From Octopus vulgaris (Eukaryota): a DNA stretch of 64,000 bases. Under the pieces are notes generated by a model. That model was not told the DNA's origin, did no database searches, and saw only the letters and a program-made list of their open reading frames with translations. This document shows positions 14,687 to 27,845 of the stretch, piece after piece. The DNA lies in NCBI GenBank assembly GCA_951406725.2, contig OX597822.1, positions 65,348,001 to 65,412,000 on the forward strand, written 5' to 3'. Made by a program: the position numbers and the translations under genes. Position 1 is the stretch's first letter. Every line of letters begins with the position of its first letter.

Positions 14687-15423
14687 ATAAGACGGCAAGA
14701 TGGTAGAGTTGTAAGCTCGCCGTACAAAATGCATAGCTGAAATTCTCCCGACCGATTACGCCCTGAATTCATCATTATCTTTCATCTTTTCCGGGGTGGA
14801 TAAAATAAATACCAGTTGAACTTTGGGGGCCCGATGAAATCGACTAATCTCCTGCCCTAAATTTTCCTACCTTGTGCGTATAGTATACATAATTATTTTT
14901 ATCATTGCTCTTAGTAGTAAAACACCTGACAGAATCATTATCACGTTCCGAGTTCAATTTCCACAACGGTCAACTTTGCTCTCCTTTCTTTCGAGGTCAA
15001 TAAAAATAAAGTACAAGTCAAACAGTGAGGTCAGTGCGATCTACTTGCGCCCGCCTGAAATTGCTAACCTCGTACCAATAATTGAAATGATTATTATTTA
15101 CAACAAAACAGCAATCTAGTGACAAGGCATGTAGAATCATATGTTTTTTCATTGACAAAACGAAGCACCAAGACTCTTGTCACATGCCAGGTAATTATAT
15201 ATGTATCCACTTGAATATAGCTATTTCATATCCTGTAGTTCTTGTCGCATTGGCACTCAAATTCCATCAGCACATTCCACTTATGTAGATATCATAAGTA
15301 TAACTGTAATAGTTGTAAGTTGTATTTCACTAAGGCATGCCCATCAGTCAAATTGTAACACAAGTCCAAACTCAAAGGTCATAGTACCATGTAATGGGTA
15401 TTTCGATGTACCTATAGAACTCT

Positions 15424-15809
15424 TCTACTCTGGGCACAAGGCCCGAAATGTGGAGTGAGGCCAGTCGATTAGATCAATCCCAGTACGCAACTGGTAATTA
15501 ATTTATCGACCCTGAAAGGATGGAAGGCAAAGTCGACCTCGGTGGAATTTGAACTCAGAATGTAAAGACAGACGTAATACCTATTTCTTTACTATCCACA
15601 AGGGGCTAAACACAGAAGGAACAAACAAGGACAGACAAACGGATTAAGTCGATTACATCGACACCAGTACGTAACTGGTACTTATTTAATCGATTCCGAA
15701 AGGATGAAAGGCAAAGTCGACCTCGGCGGAATTTGAACTCAGAACGCAGCGGCAGACGAAATACCGCTGAGCATTTCGCCCGGCGTGCTAACGATTCTGA
15801 CAGCTCGCA
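15424..15809 (-). mobile_element. SINE family 2, dimer
   Basis: Two head-to-tail units. Confidence 0.8.
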
Positions 15810-18800
15810 CCTATAGATAGCATATTGTTGCATGAAGAATGTAATATAGTAATATGTAATATTATGTAATATATTAGTAATATGTAATAATATGTAATAT
15901 AGTAATATGTAATATAGAATGTAATATATACGGACCGGATTAAGATTTAGCAGTTTTGTAGGCCACTAGGATTCAAATACTACATGACCACCAGTGATAT
16001 CTTTGATGATATTTTACTTAATTCCTGGAGGCTCTCCAGCTGACAGAGAGCTCTGAGATGTGAGCCTCTAAAATCTATAGTTCAATTCATCTTGGAATAT
16101 GAGAATTAATTGGATCTCTGGAAACCATCGGCAGTGAGGTGATTTAAGGGACTGAGATTTTAGGAAGGAACAGAGTAAAGCAAATAGATATACATAGTTA
16201 TAGGCGTGGAAGAAAGAAAGAATGGCGGGTAAGAAGAGAAGCATTAAAATCGAAAGTTTGGTGGACGGATCATTGAACTTGGTAGTTCATAAAATAAAGG
16301 AGCCGATGTGGTTGGACAAAGCTCCTTCCCAAGTTAGGTAGATTCAAAGAGCAGGTGTCTCAGTTTCTTTTGCGTACATATTCTATCTCTCCCTAGACGG
16401 GACACTGGTTTGTCTCAACAATATTCATTCCTGCCAGATGTGTGTTTTGCTCAAGAACACAATGCATTGCCCGGTCCAGGAATCGAAAACACAATCCTAA
16501 AATTATCAGTTCAACACTCTAACCACTCGGCCACATAGCTGACTTTGTACGAAATACGGAACAGTGAACCTAGTACTAACGTTCGTAACGTATGTGCAAA
16601 ATTTGAAGTAAATTTTTTACACCGATACAGATACGAAAATAAAGCATTGACGAAGGATATATTAGAGCTTTGTAGAGAGGGTAGACGCATTTGATTGGGT
16701 CTATGCTTCCAGCTTGAGAGAAATTGCGAAGATCATATTTCCTCAGACTTCATTAGCTGGAGACACAGTGGATGACATCGGTTAATGACATTCAGTGCAC
16801 AATTCTACAAAAATTGACCATAGCTGAGATATTGTTTGAACCTGAAAGGAAATCCTACACTTTCAGCAGCAATTTATATGTATTCTTATAAGTGATGAGC
16901 AGCTGAGATATCTATTGTAGGTTGTACTAATGTAATATGGATAGAGATTTTGATTTCGTAATAACATAGGGAACTAAAGACTGATGACTACATTTGCAGA
17001 TCTCTCTTCTTGGAGGTTGTGTATATCTGGTGTCGGCTGTCTTGGTTGCATATAGATGGTACATCTACGTATGTATGTATGTATGTATGTATGTATGTAT
17101 GTATGTATGTATGTATGTATGTATGTATGTATGTGAGGACCTCTTGAGAGTCAACGGTCATCCAATAAATGTTAGCACGGGTACGTAGAAATTCCGGGGT
17201 GGTGTCCGGCGCGCTGAAAGACCACTGGGAGTGAGGCGCCCCTCAGCTTTTGTTAAAGCACGTCTCTAGGAGAAGGTCACTCTGATATAAAACCAGATAT
17301 GCAGGGAATGGCATTGAGCATTTTGGGGATCTTTGGTTTGTGCTAGAGATCACGGCGCTCCCACATCCCTGAGCCTGCGACTCATATTGGCACCAGACAT
17401 CTTGCTCCGGCTTGTCTCTGGATAATGTCAATAGAGTGGAGAGGGTCTGTGAGGTGTTGTGCAAGCCTTATTGGACCTAAAACTCTGCACAGGCATTGCC
17501 GACTTTTTTTTTTCTATATATATCTTCATGTATGTATGTATGTATGTATGTATGTATGTATGTATGTATGCAGAGTACAATATTCAAGGCTAAGTGTAAC
17601 ATCATGTGTGGTTATACGCAAACCACGTATGTAAGAATAGAAAGCGTATAGGACACCAAACCATGAATTCATGTTGTAATAGAGACATTTGGCAGGAAAC
17701 ATTCTATCCTAGAGATGAGATGATGCAAGACGTTTCCGTAACTTGATGCAGAACTGAGCTTGGAGATGAACAACAGGAAGCGGCGCAGTTATTCAGATTC
17801 ATGTGAGAAATATCACTTATCTTACTTAGCCTTGCTATTCGATCTGGCACGTGATTTCAAAGAATACTTTATTTATTTATTCAGTTACATATTACATATT
17901 AACGAAATCACTCGCATAGAGAAGTAATTGATGTTTCCAGTTTCTAAGAGAGCCCTCTGCAATAGCAACACCCGTGTTCAACTGCTAGAAAGCAGGTGCT
18001 GGTTGTTCATGAATAATGATGTTAATCCTGTTTATTTCCTAATAGTCTTTGGGTGATTCAATAAATCTACGAGGACAATGATATCATTATCACGGGACAC
18101 ATGAAATGCCATTCTATAGAATATATGGCCATCATCGACCGATGTTATGTAATAATTTATATGAGATATTAATTAATTCTCGAAATATGCTGAAAATTAA
18201 TTGGACAAGAGGGTTTCCCAGCTTTTCTATAGCAGCTACAGTTATCGAGGTACTACGATAAAGCATTCTGTAAAAATGCTTAGCTACCTTTTTTCTGGTT
18301 TTACATCCCGAGTTCAAATGCAGCCGAGGTCGACTATACATTTTATCCTCTAAAAGTCGATACTATAAGTAACAGTTGAGCATTGGGGATCGATATAAAT
18401 GACATGTCTCTCTCTTAAAAAAATTGCTGGCCTTGTGCCTAAATTTGAAGCAGTTATTACATTTTTTACTTGAAAGTAACAATGGGTGTTCTATATTATC
18501 CCGAGTCAGTCCTAATTAGTCAGATACATAAATATAGCAGTTTAACCATGATAATCCCATTTATTTTTGAGAGCATGCAGAATTACATCGTAACATGTCT
18601 CCATCACTTTTCTGAGACAAATGTTGGAGTGATTTGAAGATTTGTTTCCTATTTGTAGCATTTTGCGCAACTATTTAAAGGCTCATCTTTGTCAGTCTGT
18701 GGTCTGTCTGTCTGTCTGTCTGTCTATCTCTCTCCATGTCTCTGTCTCTGCCTGTCTGTCTGTCTGTCTGTCTCTCTCTCTATATATATATATATACTTA

Positions 18801-18915
18801 CATATTCTTATATATATAGTCTGTGGTCTGTCTGTCTGTCTCTCTCCATTTCTCTGTCTCTGTCTGTCTGTCTGTCTGTCTGTATCTCTCTCTCTTTATA
18901 TATATATATATGTTG

Positions 18916-20128
18916 TATGCCAAGCAGTATATGTGTTAATATCAATGTCCACCATTTTGTCTCATACCATAATCACTGTCGTCTGCAAAATCCACAAAGG
19001 ATTTAACGATTTACACGATAACCACGGATAATAATGTCAAATATTCATAGGAAATAATTATGTGTCTTCATACTGTGTCCTCTGCTTAAAATTATCAACC
19101 TGTTATTCTTATCCATAAAGGTATGTCCCAAACCGATCAAAATAAGCAGCTTCTATTTCATATTTTTGCAATGGCTTCGAAATTTCGGGTTCACTGCACA
19201 GCGCACTGTAAGTTTACTGGAATAGAGCGACTTGTTAGCTTTCGCTAAAGCATGATATATATGAATGTAAAATCCGTTGTACAGGAAATAGTGTTGACCA
19301 ATTAGTGGCTCACAATACTCCTAGACCTCCGAGACTTAAACCTTCACTATTACCAAATATATTGCCAAGACTTAACTCTGGATCATGCTTGTAGTTTAGA
19401 GAGGGTTTATGGTGTGTTGCATAAGCTTTATTGGGGTTAAAGTTTGCATGGACATTGCTAACTTTCCTTCTTTTTTATTATATATTTTCTTTCAGTCATG
19501 AAGCGACGGACAGGCGGCGATATATGCAGATCTGACCAATTGGAATCCACTTGTAACTGTCCAGGAAGTTGAAGGCTTATATTAACCTGTGATTGTCTTC
19601 TTCGAACACGATTGGATAGCCATTATATACGTTTGCATTAGATATATTGTTCAGCGTGGAGAGAATTTTAAAGATATTTTAAAATTGTTTCTGGGTGGGA
19701 ATATTTTGGGCGTCCATCTATCAGATAAGGTCGCCTGGCCATTGTATGCTTCGGGCGTTGCAGCCAGCTAATTGGCATCTAGTAGATTGACATTTTAGCG
19801 ACACCAATTACCACGGAGAATTTCATCACTGATTCATGTCCTCAGAGTTGACCTCTATCTGCATTTACGAGTATTTTTATTATATTTAAAACATTTTTTT
19901 TTTCTGTTATAAAGAAGAATGACTTTAAGTATTTTGAAATCTGAGTTTTTTTTTCTCTCTGGTTCTTTCATTTACTCATGCATATTTATTTAGCAGAAAC
20001 GCAGTAATTGACACTGATGTTATTAAAATGTAAATCGTTAAATCCTTTGTGGATTTTGCAGACGACAGTGATTATGGTATGAGACAAAATGGTGGACATT
20101 GATATTAACACATATACTGCTTGGCATA
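18916..20128. repeat. 100-bp perfect inverted repeat (18916-19015 / 20029-20128) with a ~1-kb spacer
   Basis: Direct comparison. The same peptide MPSSICVNINVHHFVSYHNHCRLQNPQRI appears on opposite strands in the ORF track. Confidence 0.9.
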
Positions 20129-20416
20129 GAACAGTATTTGAATACACTAGCTGCTTCTATTAGAAATACTATTTTCTGTTTTCTTTGGTAGGCAGAAGTG
20201 GATAATTGTATTTCTTCCTTATCTTTGTCAGAATTTATGCGCACAGAGGAATATACGCATATACATCTTCATATACACCCATAAACATAAAGTAAACGGT
20301 TTCTCCGTTAGTTTGGACAATGGATAATTGAGTTTTACGATCAACCAGTACTTCTTTTATCGAGGTACTAATACGTGGTACTGCTATTATCGAGGTACTA
20401 ATCGAGGTACTAATAC

Positions 20417-20905
20417 GCCCAGCATCCATACCATCTTGATGCAATCTCAGCTTCGCTGGGCAGGGCACGTAGCTCGCATGCCGGACGATTACCAAAAAGA
20501 TTGCTCTTTGGCGAGCTGCAAAAGGGAAAGCGCTCACAAGGCGGCCAGAAGAAACGCTTTAAAGATACTCTGAAAGCCTCACTGAAAGCCTTCAACATCG
20601 ACCATGACACTTGGGAGCAGTCTGCTCTAGACAGAGAAGGGTGGTGATCAGCTGTCCACAAGGGTGCCAACACATGCGAGACCAATAGGATTGCTGCTGC
20701 AGAAGACCGCAGACAAGCCAGGAAGAACAGAGCTAACAACCCTGTAGCAGGCGCTACCATTCCCTGTCCACACTGTCAAAGACTCTTTCGGGCGCAGATT
20801 GGCCTCACTAGCCATCTGCGGACTCGCACAAAGCAAGCCCCCACCCACCCACACCTCAGGATAACTAGATGGCCTTCGTAGCATCGATGGACAAACTACA
20901 TACAT
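20417..20905 (+). mobile_element. RTE-clade LINE 3' fragment
   Basis: QLRWAGHVARMPD..RLLFGEL..GKRSQGGQKKRFKDTLKASLKAFNID..WE and terminal CPHCQRLFRAQIGLTSHLRT zinc finger. Short tandem (CATA) tail. Confidence 0.85.
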
Positions 20906-21525
20906 ACTTCTTTTATCGACTCCGAAATGATGGAACGCAGAGTTGATCTCGGCAGGATTTGAACTCACAATGTAAAGGCGGACGAAACACCACTAAGCAT
21001 TTTTGCCCAGCGTGCTAACGATCAATTCTGCCACCTTAGTATATATTCTGTGACGTACATGTTCCTTCTTGGATGGGACGCCAGTCCGTGGCAGGATCAC
21101 TCGTTTTTGTCAGCTGAGTGGACTGGAGCAACGTGAAATAAAATGCTCAATTACACAACACAATGCACTGTCCAGGAATCGAAACTACAATCTTATGATC
21201 ATGAACGCAATACCCCAAACTAAATACTAATGTCACAAGAACCTTCCCATTACAAAATGTCATAAGAACATTAGAGAAAACAGTGTGTACAATTTAAGCG
21301 ATTTGTAATCAAATGGTTCACATCTGTTGTAAATAATATGTCAATTTACTGGCTTTTTAAAGGCTATTTTATTTCAGGGTGCCGCAAATGATGGTTTCGG
21401 GTGCCATTTGGTCCGGCCCACCTATATTTCTTAATGCTGTGTCCTACAACAATTCATTATTTTCTTTGGTTGCCTTCGTTTCTTGATCTATAAAATTTAG
21501 TAAAATGAGCAACGTGAAATGAAAT

Positions 21526-21706
21526 ACAATTCTATATTAAAGAGATGAGGAATTTTGTACATTATTTACATTATTTACATTTGACGGATATTTGTCCTCA
21601 TCTTGTTTGTTGTTAACACAACATCTCGGTTCATACATCCTTCAGCCTTCATCAAGCGTCTTGGGGTATATAGCGTCGTGGTTAAGAGTTCGATTCCAGG
21701 CAGTGA

Positions 21707-21775
<69 letters not shown>

Positions 21776-21940
21776 TAATAATAATAATAATAATAATAAC
21801 AACAACAACATCGAAAAAATACCTTAGGAATGAGAAATTTCCCCAAGACACCCGATGAAGGTTGGAGGGTATATCAGTCGAAACGTGTTTAACAACAAAG
21901 AAGATGAGGACAAATATCCGTCAAATGTAAATAACGTATA
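21526..21940 (+). mobile_element. tRNA-headed, hammerhead-bearing non-autonomous element with inverted 3' arm (copy A)
   Basis: Inverted tail 21526-21666, internally deleted tRNA-like head, (AAT)n, and HHR gacac-CCGATGA-aggttg..cagtc-GAAA-cgtgtt at 21847-21890. TSD AAATGAAAT at 21517-21525 and 21941-21949. It splits another SINE. Confidence 0.8.
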
Positions 21941-23473
21941 AAATGAAATGTTTTGCTCAATAACACAACACATCACCAAGTCCAGGAATCGAAATTACAA
22001 TCTTATGATCATGAATGTAATACTCCAACCACTAGAACGCACCCTTCCACACAAAAACCTACATATATTGATTTCAAACTATGGCACGTCGACCTCAGTG
22101 CTTAATTGACACTTATTTTTATCGACCCTTAAAGGATGATAGGCAAAGTCGACCTCGGTGGGATTTGAACTCTGACCATGAACACGAACGAAATGCCGCT
22201 AAGCATTTTACTCGGCGTGTTTGACGATTCTGTCAACTCGCTGCCTTATAAACGTAAGTATATTGATAGTAAGAATGCATTTATATTTTAGGCACTACAA
22301 ACATGTGAAGCGGTTAATTGGTGCTATTGCTAAAATCCATGTATTAAAGATACCTACGGCGACCAGTTGCACTTTAGTTTATTCACTGTAAAGTTTGACA
22401 TCACTGTGATGGCGAGATGGCGCAGACCACCTAATAGTCCAATCAACAGCTTATCAATTCGGCCAATTTTCACTAAAGATCTACCTTGCATGGCGCTAGA
22501 AATATGATTCTTAAGGAATAAAGGAAGCCATAAATATATATAATTACTGCTTGTGGCATTGCAAACGTTCGGATTGACTGTCACAGCGGTCGCTGACATA
22601 GGCAGAGGTGTTAGTAGGTGGAAATAACTCAGCGGGGAAAATATATAAATGACTAAATTAAATGGTGCATAGTAATATTTATGAGACATCTAAACCAAGC
22701 CATTTTTGAATTGCGTCAACACTAGCTATGCAACAATGATTTACATCACATATTATCTAGATAGATAGACATATTAATGATAATTATTTTCAATTATATG
22801 TTCAATACATTACATAAGTTTGATATTTACATTCGTTGCTTTGTGATTTTTATCGTTACGCTGTATTTTTTTGCGTCTGTTCATATGACTAATAAGTAGT
22901 CGATTGTCAGTCCAAATGCGCCTACGCATACGACCGATTAGCAGAACGTACATGTGTCTTTTTTTTTCTGTGTGTATGTCTGTGTGTATTAGAGTTTTAT
23001 CTGTGTATGTATGGGCATCGTCGCTTGTTATATATGTTAGTCTATGATTCTGTGTATTCCGAAAAGGAACAATATATTTTCATCGATGAAGATTGTTTTG
23101 TTTTAATTCCGGTACTGTCAAGATATAAGAAAGTTCGTGATGTGACTGCGATTCCCACTTGAAGTTATTTGATTTCAATCCGAGAGCAAATATCTTGTGA
23201 AACGTATATGACGTATGCCCTCCTTTATCCCTTTAAAATCTTGAATTCACAGGCGCTTGCAACTCAGCACCTGTAAATTTAAGTTAACGCGTGATGGCAC
23301 GTTCTGTTACTCGGCCAATGGTCAGATTAAGATACTTGGAATTTGGTTTTGACCAGATGTTACAGGAATAAGAAGTAGGAAGAAATTGTGGGTAAGGTGG
23401 TAATTCTTGTTCAGAAACGAATTGAACGGAAACAATATTTGGAAGATTGGACAGAAGTGGTTAGTAATATCGC

Positions 23474-23666
23474 TTTGACTGTGGCCATGCTGGAGCACCG
23501 CCTTTAGTCGAACAAATCCACCCCAGGACTTATTCTTTGTAAGCCTAGTACTTATTCTATCGGTCTCTTTTGCCGAACCGCTAACTTATTGAGACATAAG
23601 CACACCATTATCGATTGTCAAGCGATGTTGGGGGGAAAACACATACACACAAATATGTATACATAT

Positions 23667-23737
<71 letters not shown>

Positions 23738-23939
23738 TATATACAAACACACACACATATACATATACATATACATACATACGACGGGCTTCTTTCAGTT
23801 TCCATCTACCAAATCCACTCACAAGGCTTTGGTCGACCCGAGGCTATAGTAGAAGGCACTTGCCTAAGGTGCCACGTTGTGGGACTGAACCCGGAACCAC
23901 GTGGTTGCTAAGCAAGCTACTTACCACACAGCTACTCCT
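23474..23939 (-). mobile_element. SINE family 1
   Basis: Colinear copy. Confidence 0.85.
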
Positions 23940-24726
23940 ACAACGTTGATGTTTTACTTTATAACATTCGAGCTATATCGTAGGAAACGCTTGAGAAATT
24001 TGGTGAATAAACAACTTTATTTCTTACAGGAAAGAACGATTCTCCTGTTGAGAAGATCTAACTGCCATTGAAGTTTACGAGAACGAGGTCTCTGAATCCC
24101 TGGCTAATGACACGTCGACATGCATTCAAACTGACATAACTACAAAGTTTTCTTGGTGATACCATCGATAATGATGATGATGTTAATGATGATGATGATG
24201 GATACTGGAAACAGGTGTGTCGCCGTTTGTGAAATGCCCTTTCGAGCAGTTGGTCAACTGATTTGTATTCCTGTATTTTTGGGTCTTTAGCCCCTGGAAT
24301 GTTACTGGGCGCTTATTGCTTTCTACTAGCTGGATCATGCAGCAGTGGAAAGCCGTCTCACACATCCTATTGAAAATGAGAAAGAGATATGGGTGAGGAT
24401 GGCCTGGTAGCAATTCTGAGCGCTGAGAAAGGACAGCTTAATTAAAGTTCTTTTACCTGCGCTGTATTATTAATTCTATGCATTCTGGCAGAATCGTTAG
24501 CACACCGGCTAAAGTGCTAGGCAGCATGTCGTCTGTCATTTAGCTCTGAGTTCAAATTCCGCCCAACTCGACTTTACCTTTAATCCCTTCTGGGGCGATG
24601 AAGAAAGTACCAGTCGAGTATTGGGGTCAATGTAATCGACTGCATTCTTCCCCCAAAATTTAAGATCTTGTACCCATAGTAGAAAGGATTATCTATTTGT
24701 TAATATTTAAATTTTTATTGTTGATC

Positions 24727-24933
24727 TTACTCTTTTACTTATTTCAGTCATTTGACTGCGGCCATGTTGGAGCACCGCCGTTAGTCGAGCAAATCGACCC
24801 CAGGACTTATTTCTGTAAGCCTTGTACTTATTATATCGGTCTCTTTTAGCCGAACCGCTAAGTTACGGGAACGCAAACACACCAGCATCGGTTGTCAAGC
24901 AATGTTGAGGGGATAACAACAGACACACACACA

Positions 24934-24960
<27 letters not shown>
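24727..24960 (-). mobile_element. SINE family 1, 3' half only
   Basis: Ends in the internal microsatellite. The head is missing. Confidence 0.8.
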
Positions 24961-24973
<13 letters not shown>

Positions 24974-25060
24974 TATTAGAGACAAAACCACTATTTTGTA
25001 AAACAAACAAGGAAAGACTTAATCAATACATAAAATTTTAATAAATAGTCAAAAAAACCG

Positions 25061-25103
25061 CCACTACAATCGTTTCTTGTCTTGATCGACAATCTTCAGG
25101 TGG
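25061..25103 (-). ncRNA. Type I hammerhead ribozyme, mirror copy
   Basis: Reverse complement of 25154-25196 in the left palindrome arm. Confidence 0.88.
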
Positions 25104-25153
25104 ACTTCAATAAGTCAGTTTCAAATTATAATTTGAAACTGACTTATTGAAGT

Positions 25154-25196
25154 CCACCTGAAGATTGTCGATCAAGACAAGAAACGATTGTAGTGG
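25154..25196 (+). ncRNA. Type I hammerhead ribozyme with canonical core
   Basis: ccac-CTGAAGA-ttgtc(gatcaa)gacaa-GAAA-c(gatt)g-TA-gtgg. Confidence 0.88.
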
Positions 25197-25369
25197 CGGT
25201 TTTTTTGACTATTTATTAAAATTTTATGTATTGATTAAGTCTTTCCTTGTTTGTTTTACAAAATAGTGGTTTTGTCTCTAATAATATTTTATAATATTTT
25301 ACTATAAAATTGGATTTAATCCTAAATCTGATTTTTTTCCCTGTAATTTTGGATTTATTCCCTAATATT

Positions 25370-25399
<30 letters not shown>

Positions 25400-25435
<36 letters not shown>

Positions 25436-25640
25436 TTGTGTGTTTGTGTTTGTCCCTACAACATCGCTTGACAACCGATGCTGGTGTGTTTACTTCCCCG
25501 TAACTTAGCGATTCGGCAAAAGAGTCTCATAGAATAAGTACTAGGCTTACAAAGAATAAGTCATAGGATCGAGTTGAGTTGCTCCACTAAGGGCGGTGCT
25601 CCAGCATACCCACAGTCAAATGACTGAAACAAGTAAAATA
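25400..25640 (+). mobile_element. SINE family 1, 3' half only
   Basis: Starts in the internal microsatellite. The head is missing. Confidence 0.8.
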
Positions 25641-26119
25641 GTTACTCTTGTAATCAATGCAAATTGCGTACTATTTGTGGATGTCTCATAATTTAAAACT
25701 CATCCCACTTGTTTGCCGTTTCCTTGTGCATTTCACCTGTTCTGTCCCTAATTACTTGAGCCTTTGGGACCTGTACATATATATTGTGTTTACTGTTGTT
25801 GCTATCGCCTGCATAATTAATAAGCGACAATTTAAAAAAAGAAAGTACATTAATAAAATCACAACGAAATAAAATATCAACGAAAAGCGAAAGGCAAAAG
25901 GAAATACGATATGAATTTCCTGCAAGTGAAAGCTTACACTTGCTGGCGTCTGTAGATTAAACTGCATTCATTGTCTTTGTTTGTTTGGCGATTGGAGGTA
26001 AGGCTGAGTTGGAAATGAAGTCTCTTTCCGTTGACCAGGCTTCGGTAGCATTTTGTTTAATTAGAATCGCTGATGAAGTAATCAGATAAAGATTGTTAAA
26101 TCTCTTCCCACACAAATAC

Positions 26120-26486
26120 GTGTATGTATATATATGTGTATGTGTGTGTGTGTGTGTGTGAGTGAGTAGTGTGCATGCGTGCGTACCTGTGTGTGTATGC
26201 ATGAGTGTGTGTTGTGTCTATGTGACTGCTTGTTTGTGTGGTATCACTGTATATGATTGCGCGTATGCCTATGTGTATGCATGTGCGTATCTGTGTGTGC
26301 ACCCATATGAGTGTGTGTGTGGAGTGGGAATGTGTGTGTGTGTGTATAAGGTGCGAATTTGGTTCAGCGTAGTAAATACTCGTCCGTAAGAAGTGTACGC
26401 AAATAGTTTCCTTTATATAACTCTGTTTGATTAAATACAATAGCTCTGTGTACACATTTGCACTTGTATCTATACATACAAGTATT

Positions 26487-26517
<31 letters not shown>

Positions 26518-26662
26518 GTGTGTGCATGTGCGTATGTGCATATGTCTGTATGAGCTTAGTTCTATTAGTGGTGACAATTTGAGTTATCCTTATTTAATTG
26601 AGTATCTATCCAGTGTGTATAAATATAATCAAGATATTACAAATGTTTCTGTACACCACGTG

Positions 26663-26738
<76 letters not shown>

Positions 26739-26875
26739 ATAGATAGGTAGATACACACACACACACACATATATATATATATGTATATATATATACATAT
26801 ATATATGTATATATATATACATATATATATGTATATATATATATGTATATATATATGTATGTGTATATATATATG

Positions 26876-26917
<42 letters not shown>

Positions 26918-27270
26918 TGTATATATATATATACATATATATATATGTATATATATATATGTATATATATATATACATATATAGATAGATAGATATTGAT
27001 ATATTGATAAATAGGTAGATAGATAGAGATATATACTCGTGTATGTGTATGATTCCTTGTAAGTACATGTTTGTAGATGTGGCTGTATAAATGTATTCAT
27101 GTATGCATTTATATACGTGCTGGCACATACGTGTGTATATATATAGTTATATATACATGCACACATCAATACATACACATATAGGCATACAGATATGCAC
27201 AAACATTCGTACATACATACATACATACATACATACATACATACATAAAACATACATGCATACATACATA
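26120..27270. repeat. Compound (TG)/(TA)/(CATA) microsatellite region
   Basis: Direct inspection. Confidence 0.9.
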
Positions 27271-27845
27271 CAATATAAGAAGCCGCTCCTCGAGTTAAGT
27301 TGTTTGCAAAGCAACTTGTTCAAAACTTCAGTGAAACATGTGGAACTGATTTAGAATCTGAACTATTGTCTCAAGTGGTCTTCAATGATGTTGCACCATT
27401 CTTAAACGGATTTCGATTTATTAGGTATTTGCAAACTTACTCAATACAGCAAACAATCTGAAGACCAATGTTAGTAGCAAAAGAAATGGCGATAATCTCT
27501 CTTTTTGGAAGTAATGAGATTCTTTAGTTTATTTATAACAAAAACTGGACAGAAAATACTTATGTCACAAGAACCTTCCGATTACAAAATGTCATAAGAA
27601 CTTTTCAGAAAAACAGTAAAGTAAAAAAAAAAAAAAGTGTGCACAGCTTAAGCGATCCGTAAGCAAATGTTTCACCAGATATAAAAAAGAACCAAGAACT
27701 GGAGGAGTCGATTTGTCGACTAAAAGCTTCACGGCGTGCCCCAGCATGGCCACAGCCCAGCTTACTGAGACAAGTACAATATAAAAGATAGGCAGGTTAT
27801 ATTTTCTACGCAGTGATGGCAAATATAGCTTTAAATCTGAATTAA

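Larger units (their letters stand above)
24964..25373. mobile_element. Non-autonomous PLE-like insertion: perfect 330-bp palindrome (24964-25293) plus an ~80-nt extension, within (TA)n
   Basis: 165-bp arms with no spacer, centre tcaaatta|taatttga at 25128/25129. One HHR per arm. TA runs on both sides. Confidence 0.85.

Noticed and set aside
17135-17495. GC-richer block between (TATG)n tracts
   Set aside because: Probably a mobile-element fragment, but I recognised no motif to classify it.
22354-22689. Possible decayed GIY-YIG fragment (NATSSNYIY)
   Set aside because: Too short and degenerate to support.
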